Under the pieces are notes generated by a model. That model was not told where the DNA came from. It made no database searches and worked only from the letters and a program-made list of their open reading frames with translations. A program made the translations under genes and the position numbers. Shown here in pieces: positions 34,999 through 64,000 of a DNA stretch of 64,000 nt. Each line of letters starts with the position of its first letter. The stretch's first letter is position 1. Origin of the DNA: Lama glama (lineage: Eukaryota); NCBI GenBank assembly GCA_028534125.1, contig CM052816.1, forward strand, positions 15,130,001-15,194,000, read 5' to 3'.

Positions 34999-37900
34999 TC
35001 AGTAACTCTTCTTGGTGGAACCAAAACCAGAGAAGCCCATCACAGCTGCCATTTCATCATCCTCCTCAAATGTCAAGTCCTCCTCAGCCCTCCTTTTCTT
35101 CTCCTTCTGTTTCTCTTTCTTGTAGGCTTTGGCCTTTTCCTCCTAGAGGGGAAATCACTCAGAATCAGTTCAGAATCCTGAGCCAAATGTTGTTGAAAGA
35201 GACAGGTAGCTTACTTGTTATCTTTAGAAGAAAATAATTAAACACAAAGTAAAATTTCAAGAGCAGAGGAAAAGCCATGGTAAAGATTATAAGGGAAAAG
35301 AAAGAGAAGTTTGAGCCTGTGGAGAGCACTTCTCAATCCAACATCCCAGTTCATCTCTAGTTCTTAAGGTGATGGAAGCAAAGCCATATAATGAGAACTA
35401 GCATTCTGGGGCATACAGTACAAGCTAGGAACTGGTCTAAAAGCTTTATGTATATTATATACGAAGGTCTCTATACGGGAAAATGGAGGCACAGAAAGTT
35501 TATATAGCTTGCCCAAGATTCACAGCTAGTAAGTGGAGGAAACAGAATTCTGACCCAGTCAGCCTGGTTCCACAGGCCTACTGGGGAATAGGTGCACTTA
35601 GTTAGTTGCTCCTATAGTTTAAAAATATATATATATATCGCCTAGAGAGTCCAGAAAAAAAAGATAGCTTTAGAGCCATTTCCTTCAGATCATGAGAGTC
35701 TCAAACAAGGGCAATAAATGTTTCCCTTAATAAACAGAAATTCAGGAGATAAAACTCTCCTTTTGGGGTGGGAATGGAATGAGGAAAAAAGCCTTCCCAT
35801 GATTCATAATATAAAATTCAAAGCTGGGGAGTGGAGAGAGAAGGATAGTAGAGCATACCTCTTCTCTGAGCTCCTTCATCCTTTCCTCAAAATCATAATC
35901 TTTCTGCTTCTCTTCCATCTTCTTCTTGTTGACTTCAAAGCGTTTCTTTACCTGATCCAAGGTGGAACGTTCCACACGCATAGACATGCCTAGGTTTCGC
36001 TGATCTAGGTGGGGTCAAAAGTTAAGAAGGTAAGGTCGTTACAACATCCTAATCCCCTCAAAAAGTCTTTTCCAGACATTAAAAAAAATTTCATAAAACA
36101 CTCAGTAAAAATAATTTGGGCTTAAAAAAAACTCCCATGGCAGCAGCCCCAGGTAACAAGACATAAATGGCTTTCAACTGCCCTTACTGAGCAGATGGAC
36201 ACCAGTGGGGACAGGTGGGCCCAGGAGAAGACCATGAATTAGGCTTGGTGAGAGTCTAGAACAAACTCTCACCTCATGGACTTCAGGAATATTAAATAAT
36301 GAAGTAAAGTATGGCCTGTACTGAAGCAACTAGAGAATTCCCCACATTAAAAAAAGAGGCCAACAGAAACTACCCTCTCCCCCACCACACCTATAAAACC
36401 CAATCTCAGACCCAGTAACAAACTACCTCCAAGCCTTACGTTTCTTTCCATTAATGTGATCCAGGAAGTTGATAGAGTCTTTCACCACACAGTCACAGAC
36501 ATTGCAGTAATATCTAGCAAACAGAAAGAAACAGCACTAGGGTCAAATCTGGTTGTAAGGATTTTATCATTTTTCAACCAAGAATCTCATATTTTTAGGT
36601 AAGAGTTCTTTTTAGAAGAAAGAGACAATTCTCACTGCCAACTTCCAACATAGCCCCCACAATGATCCCACCCTCCCAGTATTCCTACACTATATAGGCC
36701 CTTCCCCATTTGTACCAGGGTTAGTCTGTGTGATCAACAAAATATGTTAAAAACGATGTTATGTCACTTTCAAGATTAGGTTAGTAAAAAAAAAAAGAAC
36801 ATGTGGCTCTGTCTTAGTCTGTGCATTTGGATTGCTTGCTCTGGGGAAGCCACTTGCTTTGTTGTGAATAGCACTATGAAGTGGCCCATGGAGCACGGAA
36901 GTGAGGCCTCCAAACTAAAGCCACATAAGAGAGCTTGGAAACAGATCCTCCAGCCTCACTTATACCTCAGAGGAATGCAGACCCAGCTGATATCTCAATG
37001 GCAGCTTTGTTACAGACCCTGAGCCAAAATCACCTAGGCATACCTTTCCCAGATTCCGTACCCACAGATATTATGAGCTATCTGTTATGCTGCTAAATTT
37101 TGGGTTAATGTATTATTTCATATAGCAATAGATAACTAACACAAAGAGGAATGACAACAGTGGGTTTACTAAGCAGCTCAGAAAAGTGTCATTCATTGCT
37201 ATCTGTGTTATCCTTCTGCTGAAAAACCTAACTGGACAGAAAAGTAGTTATGGGCAAAAAGATGAAGAGTTTTTGTGGGGACCCTTCTTCCTAAAGGTTA
37301 TAGTCTTGGTCTCAGAACAATGTGCACAACCAAGAAATCCATAAAAACTACAACCATTGCACCCATTCTGGAAGCTCAACCCCCTTTATTCACTCTCAGC
37401 TGCTCCTGGGCTCCACTGTAGCTTCACCTAATTTCTTCCCTAGAAATCGCCTCAGTAGTCCATTGCTTCATTTCTTCCTCTGGCAGGAGAACAAACAATC
37501 CTTTTTAAGATATTAAGAAATAGCTATAGTGCTAAAGAAGAAACCTATAGAGTGACCCCTCGTAGAGACACTATTATGCTAACATGAGACCTCAGAGGAC
37601 AAAAGATGGAATTATAGGAAACAAGGCTGTTATTCTGGGGCCAAGGACATTGCTCAACACTTCCTAAAACCCACAGATAGTTTATTAGACTTAGTCTTGG
37701 TTGCAGAGAAAGACAAAAAGCCACTCACCCTCCCATCTCAGATTGTGGCGTGGTCTTGGTAATGACAATTGTCTTCCCGAGTTTGGATTCCAGGTCCACC
37801 TTGTAGTCCCTATGCCGGAGAAGCTCCCGCTTGACTGGCTGCACTGGTTTTCCTGAAATATAATGGGGAAAGAAGTCCCTTCTTTATTAGTGTTCTTTAA

Positions 37901-39319
37901 TCAGAAAGGAAAAGAAATGCATGAAACACAAAATTCAGAGGTCTACTTTCATCTCTTTTTTGAAACCTGAAGCAAGGGACACAATGGGCACTTCTAGAAG
38001 CAGCTAGGGAGAATCTCAACACAGGAAAAATGATTAGCAATGCTTAACTCTCTACATCTTTTCTCATTTTAAAGCTAACAAGCCTAAAAGCAATGGTTTT
38101 TTTTAATCATGAATTAACTGAACTGAAAGGAGCAGTTCTGCATTTTCACAAAAAGCCACCTTTTAAAAGAAGAGCAAGACCACTCAGTAATGCTTTCAAA
38201 CAGATACACCAAGCATAACACAGAAAGGAGTGTTCTGAGAGCTAGGGAAAATTTTTAAAGGGGGATCAACATTTAGGAAATTATCTGTTACACGCCGAAC
38301 ACTATTGTACAAATTACATAAAAACTAAAAGGATTAATGTATGCAAGGCAGTGTTGAAGTAAAGTAGAAGAAGAATGGACAAGTTTGAAAACACGTAAGA
38401 AAATAAGACATTCCTTTTCGTATAGTGGAACCTCTATTTAGGAGAGGAGCACCATTTCCCTGACATTATGTAAGGCACAGAGAACAGAACTAAGCAGAAG
38501 CTGAAACAATCCCATGTTCCCTGATGAAGGAAAGAGAAGCTCTTCAATAGCAGTAATACACAGCACCAAATCACACCACTTGACTTCTCTGTCACTACTA
38601 ACGATTCCCACTCCCTTCTCCGTACTTGGGGAAAGTACTAAATGAACCAAGCAAAGGGAGGGCAAGGAAGCAGAGAACCACAGAACTGGAAAGCACCTCA
38701 AAACTGCTTCAGTTCATCTCCTTGCTCTCATACCTGAAGAAATCGAAGACTAGGGAGGCAATGCTCTGCCAGAGGTTACACAGGTTAGGGGGACAGCGCA
38801 TTTCAACTCCCCACCCACACTCTCCAGCCATTGCATCCTCTACAACACACTTAGCACTTGATAGAGCAGACACCCACCATCCTTCTTTTCTCTCTCTTCC
38901 GTGAGCCTCTTCTCGGCGAGCTTCTCATACTCATCTTTGTCCCACTTTCGGCGAAAGTCCAAGTTTTTTGTCTGTGGGGAAAAGGTGCTCAAGATTCGTC
39001 GCTAATCGTGTCTGACCCCTGGAAAAACGGCAGGAGCCGCGTCCTCGCTGCCAAAGCGGCCTGGGGACCTGGGAGAGGGAAACCTCTCCGGGCAGCACCA
39101 GGAGGCTGAGGTTGCCTCAGGACCCCAACCAGAGACCTCCCGATTCCACTGACCCTGTGCCAAGGCCTTACGGGGCAGCTCTTGAACCGGGGCCATTAGA
39201 CCGCGAGGAGGTGTCAGGACTCAGTCCGGCGTAGGATATTCAGGGCGGAGAAACCCCCTAAGCCCCCCACCCTAAACCTCCTCCTCACACACAACACCTA
39301 CCCCGCTGCCGGACGCCAT
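34999..39319 (-). CDS. ZMAT2: Zinc finger matrin-type protein 2 (Snu23 homologue, spliceosomal), 199 aa
   Basis: Coding exons (minus): 39319-39302, 38971-38878, 37852-37729, 36513-36440, 36004-35859, 35142-34999; total 600 nt, all GT-AG. Protein [22 protein letters not shown]...[38 protein letters not shown]...[13 protein letters not shown]. Confidence 0.98.
36640..37145. mobile_element. MLT1-like MaLR LTR in ZMAT2 intron 3
   Basis: aatgatcccaccctcccagtattc...atagcaatagataactaacaca. Confidence 0.7.
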
Positions 39320-39522
39320 CTTCACTGCGAAGTGAATGGGAAGCCGGAAAATGCCGCAAAAAGCGGCCTTGAGCCGTAAAGCAAGCTGGCCTCCAATAAG
39401 CTTAGAGTCTCGCATTCTAAACGAGCTAAGCACTGGAGGGCTCCTAAAACCGGATTGTCGGCCCCGCCTCGGCTCCAAGGAAATGGCGCATGCGCAAAAA
39501 GAGTATGAAGCAACACGGAAGT
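39312..39522 (-). promoter_or_regulatory. ZMAT2 CpG-rich promoter (TISU/YY1, CCAAT, GC box, NRF1, ETS)
   Basis: GAAGATGGCGTC over the ATG (39312-39323), ccaat (39393-39397), ccccgcc (about 39462), gcgcatgcgca (39486-39496), cggaagt (39516-39522). Confidence 0.75.
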
Positions 39523-40178
39523 AAGGGCGCCTGCAAGCGTTTTTCTACCCTGGCTTTCAAAACCACCATATATTCAACTGTTCTATTTCACAAAAGAGGA
39601 AAATGAGGTTCAGATCAGTACTTTCTGATCTGGTCTAATCAACTTGCGTGAGATGCCAAGAGTTTCCAAACCTCCTTTCAGGCCAAAGTGCTGTTATTAG
39701 GGGCTCTAGATGCTTCATTTCTCTGTATGCACTATAGATATGGCCCCATTGCACCCAAGTGTTTGGAAAGGCTGCAACCTTACCAACGCACTTACAGAAA
39801 GAGCTTTTTGCATTTTGTCTCTTTATCTTGAAGCTATTACCCTTTGGTTAACTCACTTTTCCTTCAACTGAGAAACATTACAGTCATTCAATCTATAGGG
39901 CACAATTTCATCAACACGATCAACTTGGGAAGGCCAGCCTCCAGCAACGCTCTAGGGTGAAGAATTCTAACAGATGCCTCAGTATATACTGATTTAGTGA
40001 CATGACTGTATCTCCAAGTTGGGGAGAGGGGGAACTGTGGCTGATCCCTTCACTGAATACAGAAGCATCACACCAGGGAGGTTACTTCTAGCTCACAGAA
40101 TCCTCCAGTGTACATTTTCTATGGCCTATGCAAGCCAATCCCTTGATGACAGATTACCCAAACTACTACATTTAATAT

Positions 40179-40184
40179 TTTATT
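40179..40184 (-). terminator. Probable HARS2 poly(A) signal
   Basis: AATAAA on the minus strand, with an adjacent ATTAAA, about 740 nt past the stop codon. Confidence 0.55.
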
Positions 40185-40922
40185 TAATAAATTACACAAC
40201 CACTTCTAGAACAGCCACCTCCACAGCAGGACATGGAATAGTCAGAGCAGTGATTCTGGCACAGGTAATGGTCTCCAAAAATCTCAAAAGGTCAGATTTC
40301 CATCTTGTGAGGTCACCTATTAAGTTCAATATTCAAGATTATTAAACAGACAGCCTCACCCTGCTATTATTAACAGTGGATAGGCTAGAAAGATGCCACA
40401 TGAATTTGGGCACTGCTATGCCATTGGAATAGCATCCCTGTCCTCAAACAAAACAGAAAGTAGTCATTGCCTCTCCTCACTGTCTCCCAAAAACTCCCTG
40501 GACAGGTCAAGGGCAGACTGTGAACAAACTCCCCAAAATCTGGTTCAGAAGCCAGAATGGAAGGCTAAGTATTTGACTTCTGATCTCAATAGTTCAGAAT
40601 CCTCTCAACCTGAGGGGACTTTCCCAGAGACTTGTTCACAGCAATCAACTCAGCACCTGTTGGCAGCATTCAATGGCATTTCAAATCCACTCTTCAATTA
40701 CAGCATGTCTCTTTCACATACCAGCCATCTGCGCCCATGCAGTATAGCTGCTCACACTAGCCCAGGAGTCCTCAGGGACTTCTACAGTTCTGTGCCCAGG
40801 AAGGATGGAGGATGCAGAGGCACTTGTCACCCATCCTGGCCAGCAGTTGTAAAGTCCATCAAGAACTCAGTGGTAGATGAAACCTTTTTTACAAAGAGCA
40901 GCAGATGACATTCAGGCAAGGA

Positions 40923-47080
<6,158 letters not shown>

Positions 47081-47083
47081 CAT

Positions 47084-59478
<12,395 letters not shown>

Positions 59479-59805
59479 GTTGAGCAGAGGACCAGAGGAA
59501 AGTGGGACTGGCATTATTTAAGGCTAAGACAAAACTCTGCATATGTACTTCAACAGCTTTGCACACTTCTGTTCCAGCAGGAAGACCTAAAGTGGTCGGA
59601 ACAGAGACTTTTTAATTTTTATTATGATTATTTTATTGGTAATCACAGGCAAAAATGGCCAGGTACTACACCATTTTCCACATGAGGCCCTGGGGGCTTA
59701 GTTGCCTGTGTTCCTGAGCTACACGGACCAGTCCGAGATGGTGTCCTCTGCAGGGCCCTACACCAGAAGGAAGGAACGTTCCCCACCACCAGCCGCCAAA
59801 GGTCC

Positions 59806-59811
59806 AATAAA
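59806..59811 (+). terminator. Probable HARS1 poly(A) signal
   Basis: AATAAA about 330 nt after the stop codon. Confidence 0.65.
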
Positions 59812-60099
59812 ATGCCTCAACCACTGGAGCCTGCCTGTGTCACTATTGCCTAGCCCTGCCTTCCCTCTCAGAACCTGGGCCTCCCACTGCGACCACTTCA
59901 GCGGTGGAAAATGTGGAGAGAGACTTACAGTAGCCCCCACGGGCTCCTTCGCCGGCTGAAGGGGCCCTGACGTTCTCGCCGCCCGTCCATCCTGCCAGTT
60001 TGCGAGCCATGTTTCCGGCGGTGGGGCTGCCGCAGACCCATCCGCTAGGGTCTCTAGCTTTCACCTGACTGTCGGAGGTTCCCGCGGCGCACGTGCGGT

Positions 60100-60210
60100 G
60101 GATACCCCCGCCCCCTTGGGAGGCGGGGTCTTGCTCAGAGCCAATGAGAGCTTGGGGGGGTGGAGGGGTAGGGAAGCTTCCAGATAGGCAGACAGGGAGG
60201 AGGTTATAAA
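60100..60210 (+). promoter_or_regulatory. DND1 promoter (GC boxes, CCAAT, TATA)
   Basis: ccccgcccc (about 60106), aggcgggg (about 60121), ccaat (60141-60145), TATAAA (60205-60210). Confidence 0.7.
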
Positions 60211-60239
60211 GGGGGTACGAGGAAGCCAGCGGGAGAGCC

Positions 60240-62477
60240 ATGCAGTCCAAGCGGGAGTGTGAGGTAAGTGGTTGGCTACCAGGGGGTCGATGAGCCCTCC
60301 GCATCACTGGGGCGGTGGGGGTGGTCGCGGCAATCGGCGACTCCAACCTGCCCTTTCCCCCTCAGCTATGGTGTGAGAGGGTGAATCCAGAGAACAAGGC
60401 GGCGCTGGAGGCGTGGGTCAGGGAGACGGGCATCCGCCTGGTGCAGGTGAACGGGCAGAGGAAGTATGGCGGGCCACCCCCAGGTACGGTAGTCCCTGTC
60501 CCTGCGCCTGCTGGGGGGCTACGCAGGCCTCGACGGCCCCAACCCGCCGCATTTGTGGGGAGGGGGCGCCTACCCCGAGGCTACACAGTCAGAAACCCCT
60601 AACTACCCGTTACCCCCGCCCCCAAGCAGATGAAACTTCTTTTCTGTGGCTTCCCACCGTCCCGCGCCGTCGAGGAAGGAGCCAGTCTTAAGGTGCCAGT
60701 CTTGATTTTAGATCAGCCACCCAATTATGCCAGCGATCCGGCGGAGTACGGTGTACCCATTTCACAGACTTTTGCATACATAGCCCTTCTCGCGCTGGGT
60801 CCTTGGGCCCCGAACCCGGAACCATCCGGGTAGATGACGGTTCTCCCTCCCCATCCCCTCCTCCCAGGATGGGTGGGCAGCCCGCCGCCAGCCGGGTCAG
60901 AGGTGTTTATCGGGCGGCTGCCCCAGGACGTGTACGAGCACCAGCTGATCCCACTGTTCCAACGTGTGGGCCGCCTCTACGAATTTCGCCTGATGATGAC
61001 CTTCAGCGGCCTTAACCGCGGCTTCGCTTACGCCCGCTACAGCTCGCGGCGCGGCGCCCAGGCGGCCATCGCCACGCTGCACAACCACCCGCTGCGGCCG
61101 TCCTGCCAGCTGCTCGTGTGCCGAAGCACCGAGAAGTGCGAGCTGAGCGTGGACCGGCTGCCGCCGGGTCTGAGCCGCCACGCGCTACTGCTCGCGCTGC
61201 AGCCGCTGGGCCCTGGCCTGCAGGAGGCGCTGCTGCTGCCCAGCCCTGGGCCGGCGCCCGCGCAAATCGCGCTGCTCAAGTTCAGCTCGCACCGCGCCGC
61301 AGCCATGGCCAAAAAGGCTCTAGTGGAAGGTAGGGGTGGAGACTGCGGGGGGGGCCGCTGGTTGGGGCCAAACCCGTTCTGCCGGGCACTTTACCTGTAC
61401 CTGTCAGCACAGCGGGTTAAAGTCTCGAGACCTTAGGATCAAGCACGCCTGCATTTCCGACATAAACTGTTTGACCTCAGGCTTTTAAATTTCCACTGAT
61501 GCTGTCAACTAGTGCTTACCTATACCTAGCACTTCACAGGCATTATCTCCTGGCTAAATTCTCCACATTCCAATGGAACAGAATGATGTTGCTCTTTAGA
61601 TATGAGGGGACTGTGTTAAGAAAAATTGACCCGCCTAAGGCTATCCAACTATGCCTACCTTTTATCCACTATAGAACCTGCTTTCTCAGACTGTTGTGAG
61701 AATTCAGCAGCACTTAACACATTCTCTACTTTTTGGCAAGTATTCATGGTAAAGGTTAGCTATTGTGATGGTTATGAGGTAGACAAAGCCTGCATCAACC
61801 AGTTCTCCAAGGACACTCAGAAGATAGCAGTTATTACACCCACTTTGTAAATAAACACAGTGAAGCCTGGAGAAGTTATTTAACTTGCCTGAAGTCACAC
61901 TGCCAGGAAATGGGGAGGTTAGATATTGAACAGGCCTTTGTGACTCCAGAGGACTCACAGGGTCTGGGGGCTTGGGCCCAGGGCTTAGACCTGCCCTGTC
62001 TCTACCTTTTTTCCTGCAGGGCAGTCACGCCTCTGTGGAGAGCAGGTGGCTGTGGAGTGGCTCAAGCCAGACCTGAAGCAGCGACTCCGTCAGCAGCTTG
62101 TTGGTCCCTCGCTGCGGTGCCTACAGCCAGAGAGCAGTCAGTTGGCCCTGGCCGGGGACAAGCTAGAGTTCCAAGGGGCTCAGGCTACCCTGCAGCTGAT
62201 GTGCCAACAGATGAACCTGGGTAGCCCAGTGTTCCTCACCAAGTGTTTGGGCACAGGCTTTGCTGGCTGGCACCGCTTCTGGTACCAGGTGGTGATCCCT
62301 GGGCATCCAGTGCCCTTCAGTGGCCTCATCTGGGTTGTGATTGCCCGGGATGGGCAGGATGGGCATGAAGTGGCCAAGGAGGCTGTGTCTGCACAGCTGC
62401 TGGAGGCACTGAGTGAGTCTGGGGCCAGCCTCCTGCGGTCTTTTGGGGCTGAGGCAGGTACAATGGTTCAGCAGTGA
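60240..62477 (+). CDS. DND1: Dead end protein homolog 1 (germ-cell RNA-binding protein; 2 RRMs plus dsRBD), 353 aa
   Basis: Coding exons 60240-60263, 60366-60483, 60868-61329, 62020-62477; total 1062 nt. [49 protein letters not shown]..., RNP1 [15 protein letters not shown] motif. Confidence 0.98.
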
Positions 62478-62927
62478 CCTCATCTTCTCCACAGGCAGCC
62501 TGAACAAGTAAGCGGGGCCTGTTTCAGTCCTTGGCCCAGCAGGCCTGGGCAGCCACCATCTAATCCCAAGAAGGGGAGGAGCATGGACCCTACACTAGGC
62601 CTGACAGAGCCTCCCAGCTGGGGCAGGGCCCCAGTGCACCTGGGACAGCTCAGGTTTGGCTAAGTTGTGGTAAGGGACCTTGCCTTCCCCTCCCAGCCCA
62701 TGGTCTGACCTGACCCCATAGTTGTTCTGTGTGACGCACACCCACCCACCCTCCCTCTCTCCCACAGCTTAGCATGAATCTGCTTCTTCTTGATTTGTCT
62801 TTGTTGATGTTTTTATTTGAAGGCTGGCTAAGCCAAAAGGTCAGAAATGTGCCTTTGCCCCCACCACTTGGCATTCTGGTTTTGGTGTATGTGTAGTTTT
62901 GACTTTTTCTATGCTGGTTGTATTTAT

Positions 62928-62933
62928 ATTAAA
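62928..62933 (+). terminator. Probable DND1 poly(A) signal
   Basis: ATTAAA about 450 nt past the stop codon, followed by GT-rich sequence. Confidence 0.6.
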
Positions 62934-63176
62934 CCCCTGGTTGGTGTACACCTGTGTCCGTGCTGTCTTACCCCAGCTGTGGGTTTATCTCAACACTGGT
63001 GGAGTGAACAGCTGCTACAGGGCAAGTACTTCCCCACATCTGTTGCTGAGTCCTGACCCTCTGTGCATCTTTCGTGCACAATAGGGTATTTTAAATTCCC
63101 AGCCTCTCTGGGGAATCCAGCCCAGGAAGTAAGACTCTTGCCCACTGAGAACCAATCCTGAGGTTCAGTCATCCCC

Positions 63177-63938
63177 TCAGTCACTGTCGTCCTCACTCTC
63201 CTTCTCTTCCTCCCGAACTGTGGAGTCCACTCCCTCCTCCCTCAGTCCTGCAAAGAAGTCATCAGTGCTCCAGGCCTTGCTGCTCAGTGCTCGAAGGGGC
63301 CCTCCTTTTTTTTTGCGGCGACGGTAGTCATCCACCACCACAGCCCGCAGCTGGGCCATGTCCCAAAACTTGAGACGCTGGTCATGGCCACTGCTGGCCA
63401 GGAAGCGGCCACAGTGGGAGAGGGCCAGCTTCTCCACAGGCTCCCCGGCATGCTGGCCCACACTGCCTACCACTCGGTTTGGCAGGATATTGACAGCCCT
63501 GGGCAGAAAGAAAAGAGTGTTGGGTCTTGGCTGGTTAGGTCTGCCCTTGCTGTGACCTGAGGGCCATCTGGCTTCTCTCACCTGATGATTCCATCAGTAG
63601 AGCCGGTACACAGCAGACTCTCAGTCACCGGAACCATACAGTCGATGGACTCAGCTCTCAAGGCAAAGCGGTCACTTGTGGCCCCAAAACCATTCCAGTT
63701 GAATAGGTAGATGGTACCTTCGCTGGAGCCACAGGCCACCTTCTTCCCACACTGCAGGGAAATAAGGCAAACCATGTTTGTGGAGCCACCTCAGACCGAG
63801 TCCCTAGCACACCCCCATCCTGCCTTGCCCAGCTATACTTTCATGAGTGTGACAGAGGTCAGGTCTCCAGACTGTGGCTCTGAGAGCAACTCGAACCGGC
63901 GTCGCTTGATGTTGAAGACACCAAGGCAGCCATCTCCA
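63177..63938 (-). CDS. WDR55: WD repeat-containing protein 55, last three coding exons (partial; gene continues beyond the window)
   Basis: Exons (minus): 63938-63839, 63751-63582, 63498-63177. [33 protein letters not shown] / [23 protein letters not shown]...IIR / [11 protein letters not shown]...ESEDDSD*. Confidence 0.96.
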
Positions 63939-64000
63939 CTGTAGAGAGAGCAAAGGAGCAGACCAGGCTGGAGGCTCCCAGTGAGGAAGACATTTAACGC

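Noticed and set aside
40393..40908. 171-aa + strand ORF
   Set aside because: Antisense to the HARS2 3'UTR, Ser-rich with no recognisable domain; likely chance.

Overview
Mammalian genomic DNA, probably camelid: there are many short tRNA-derived SINEs of the Vic-1 type and young lineage-specific L1 tails. It matches the conserved vtRNA-ZMAT2-HARS2/HARS1-DND1-WDR55 block that lies next to the protocadherin-alpha cluster in other mammals. Bases 1-31 kb are a nested transposon pile: L1s of several ages, L2, MaLR/ERVL LTRs, Tigger-type MITEs, a decayed ERV env fragment and small processed retro-insertions with target-site duplications (TSDs). One vault RNA gene sits at 31293-31387 (-) with box A, box B, a TTTT terminator and upstream TATA-like, CRE and AP-1 sites. 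I traced complete spliced CDSs by hand for ZMAT2 (-, 6 exons, 199 aa), HARS2 (-, 13 exons, 506 aa), HARS1 (+, 13 exons, 509 aa; head-to-head with HARS2) and DND1 (+, 4 exons, 353 aa), plus the last three coding exons of WDR55 (-). Non-obvious signals include paired U12 introns in HARS1/HARS2, residual intron homology between the paralogs, and a motif that may act as a CPE for DND1 and the poly(A) signal for WDR55. There is also a retrotransposed LTR-terminated transcript inside an L1, an orphan processed 3'UTR, and a triplicated L1 tail whose unit also occurs alone. I found no convincing wholly new gene system. Repeat subfamily names come from recall, and repeat boundaries are approximate unless a TSD is quoted.
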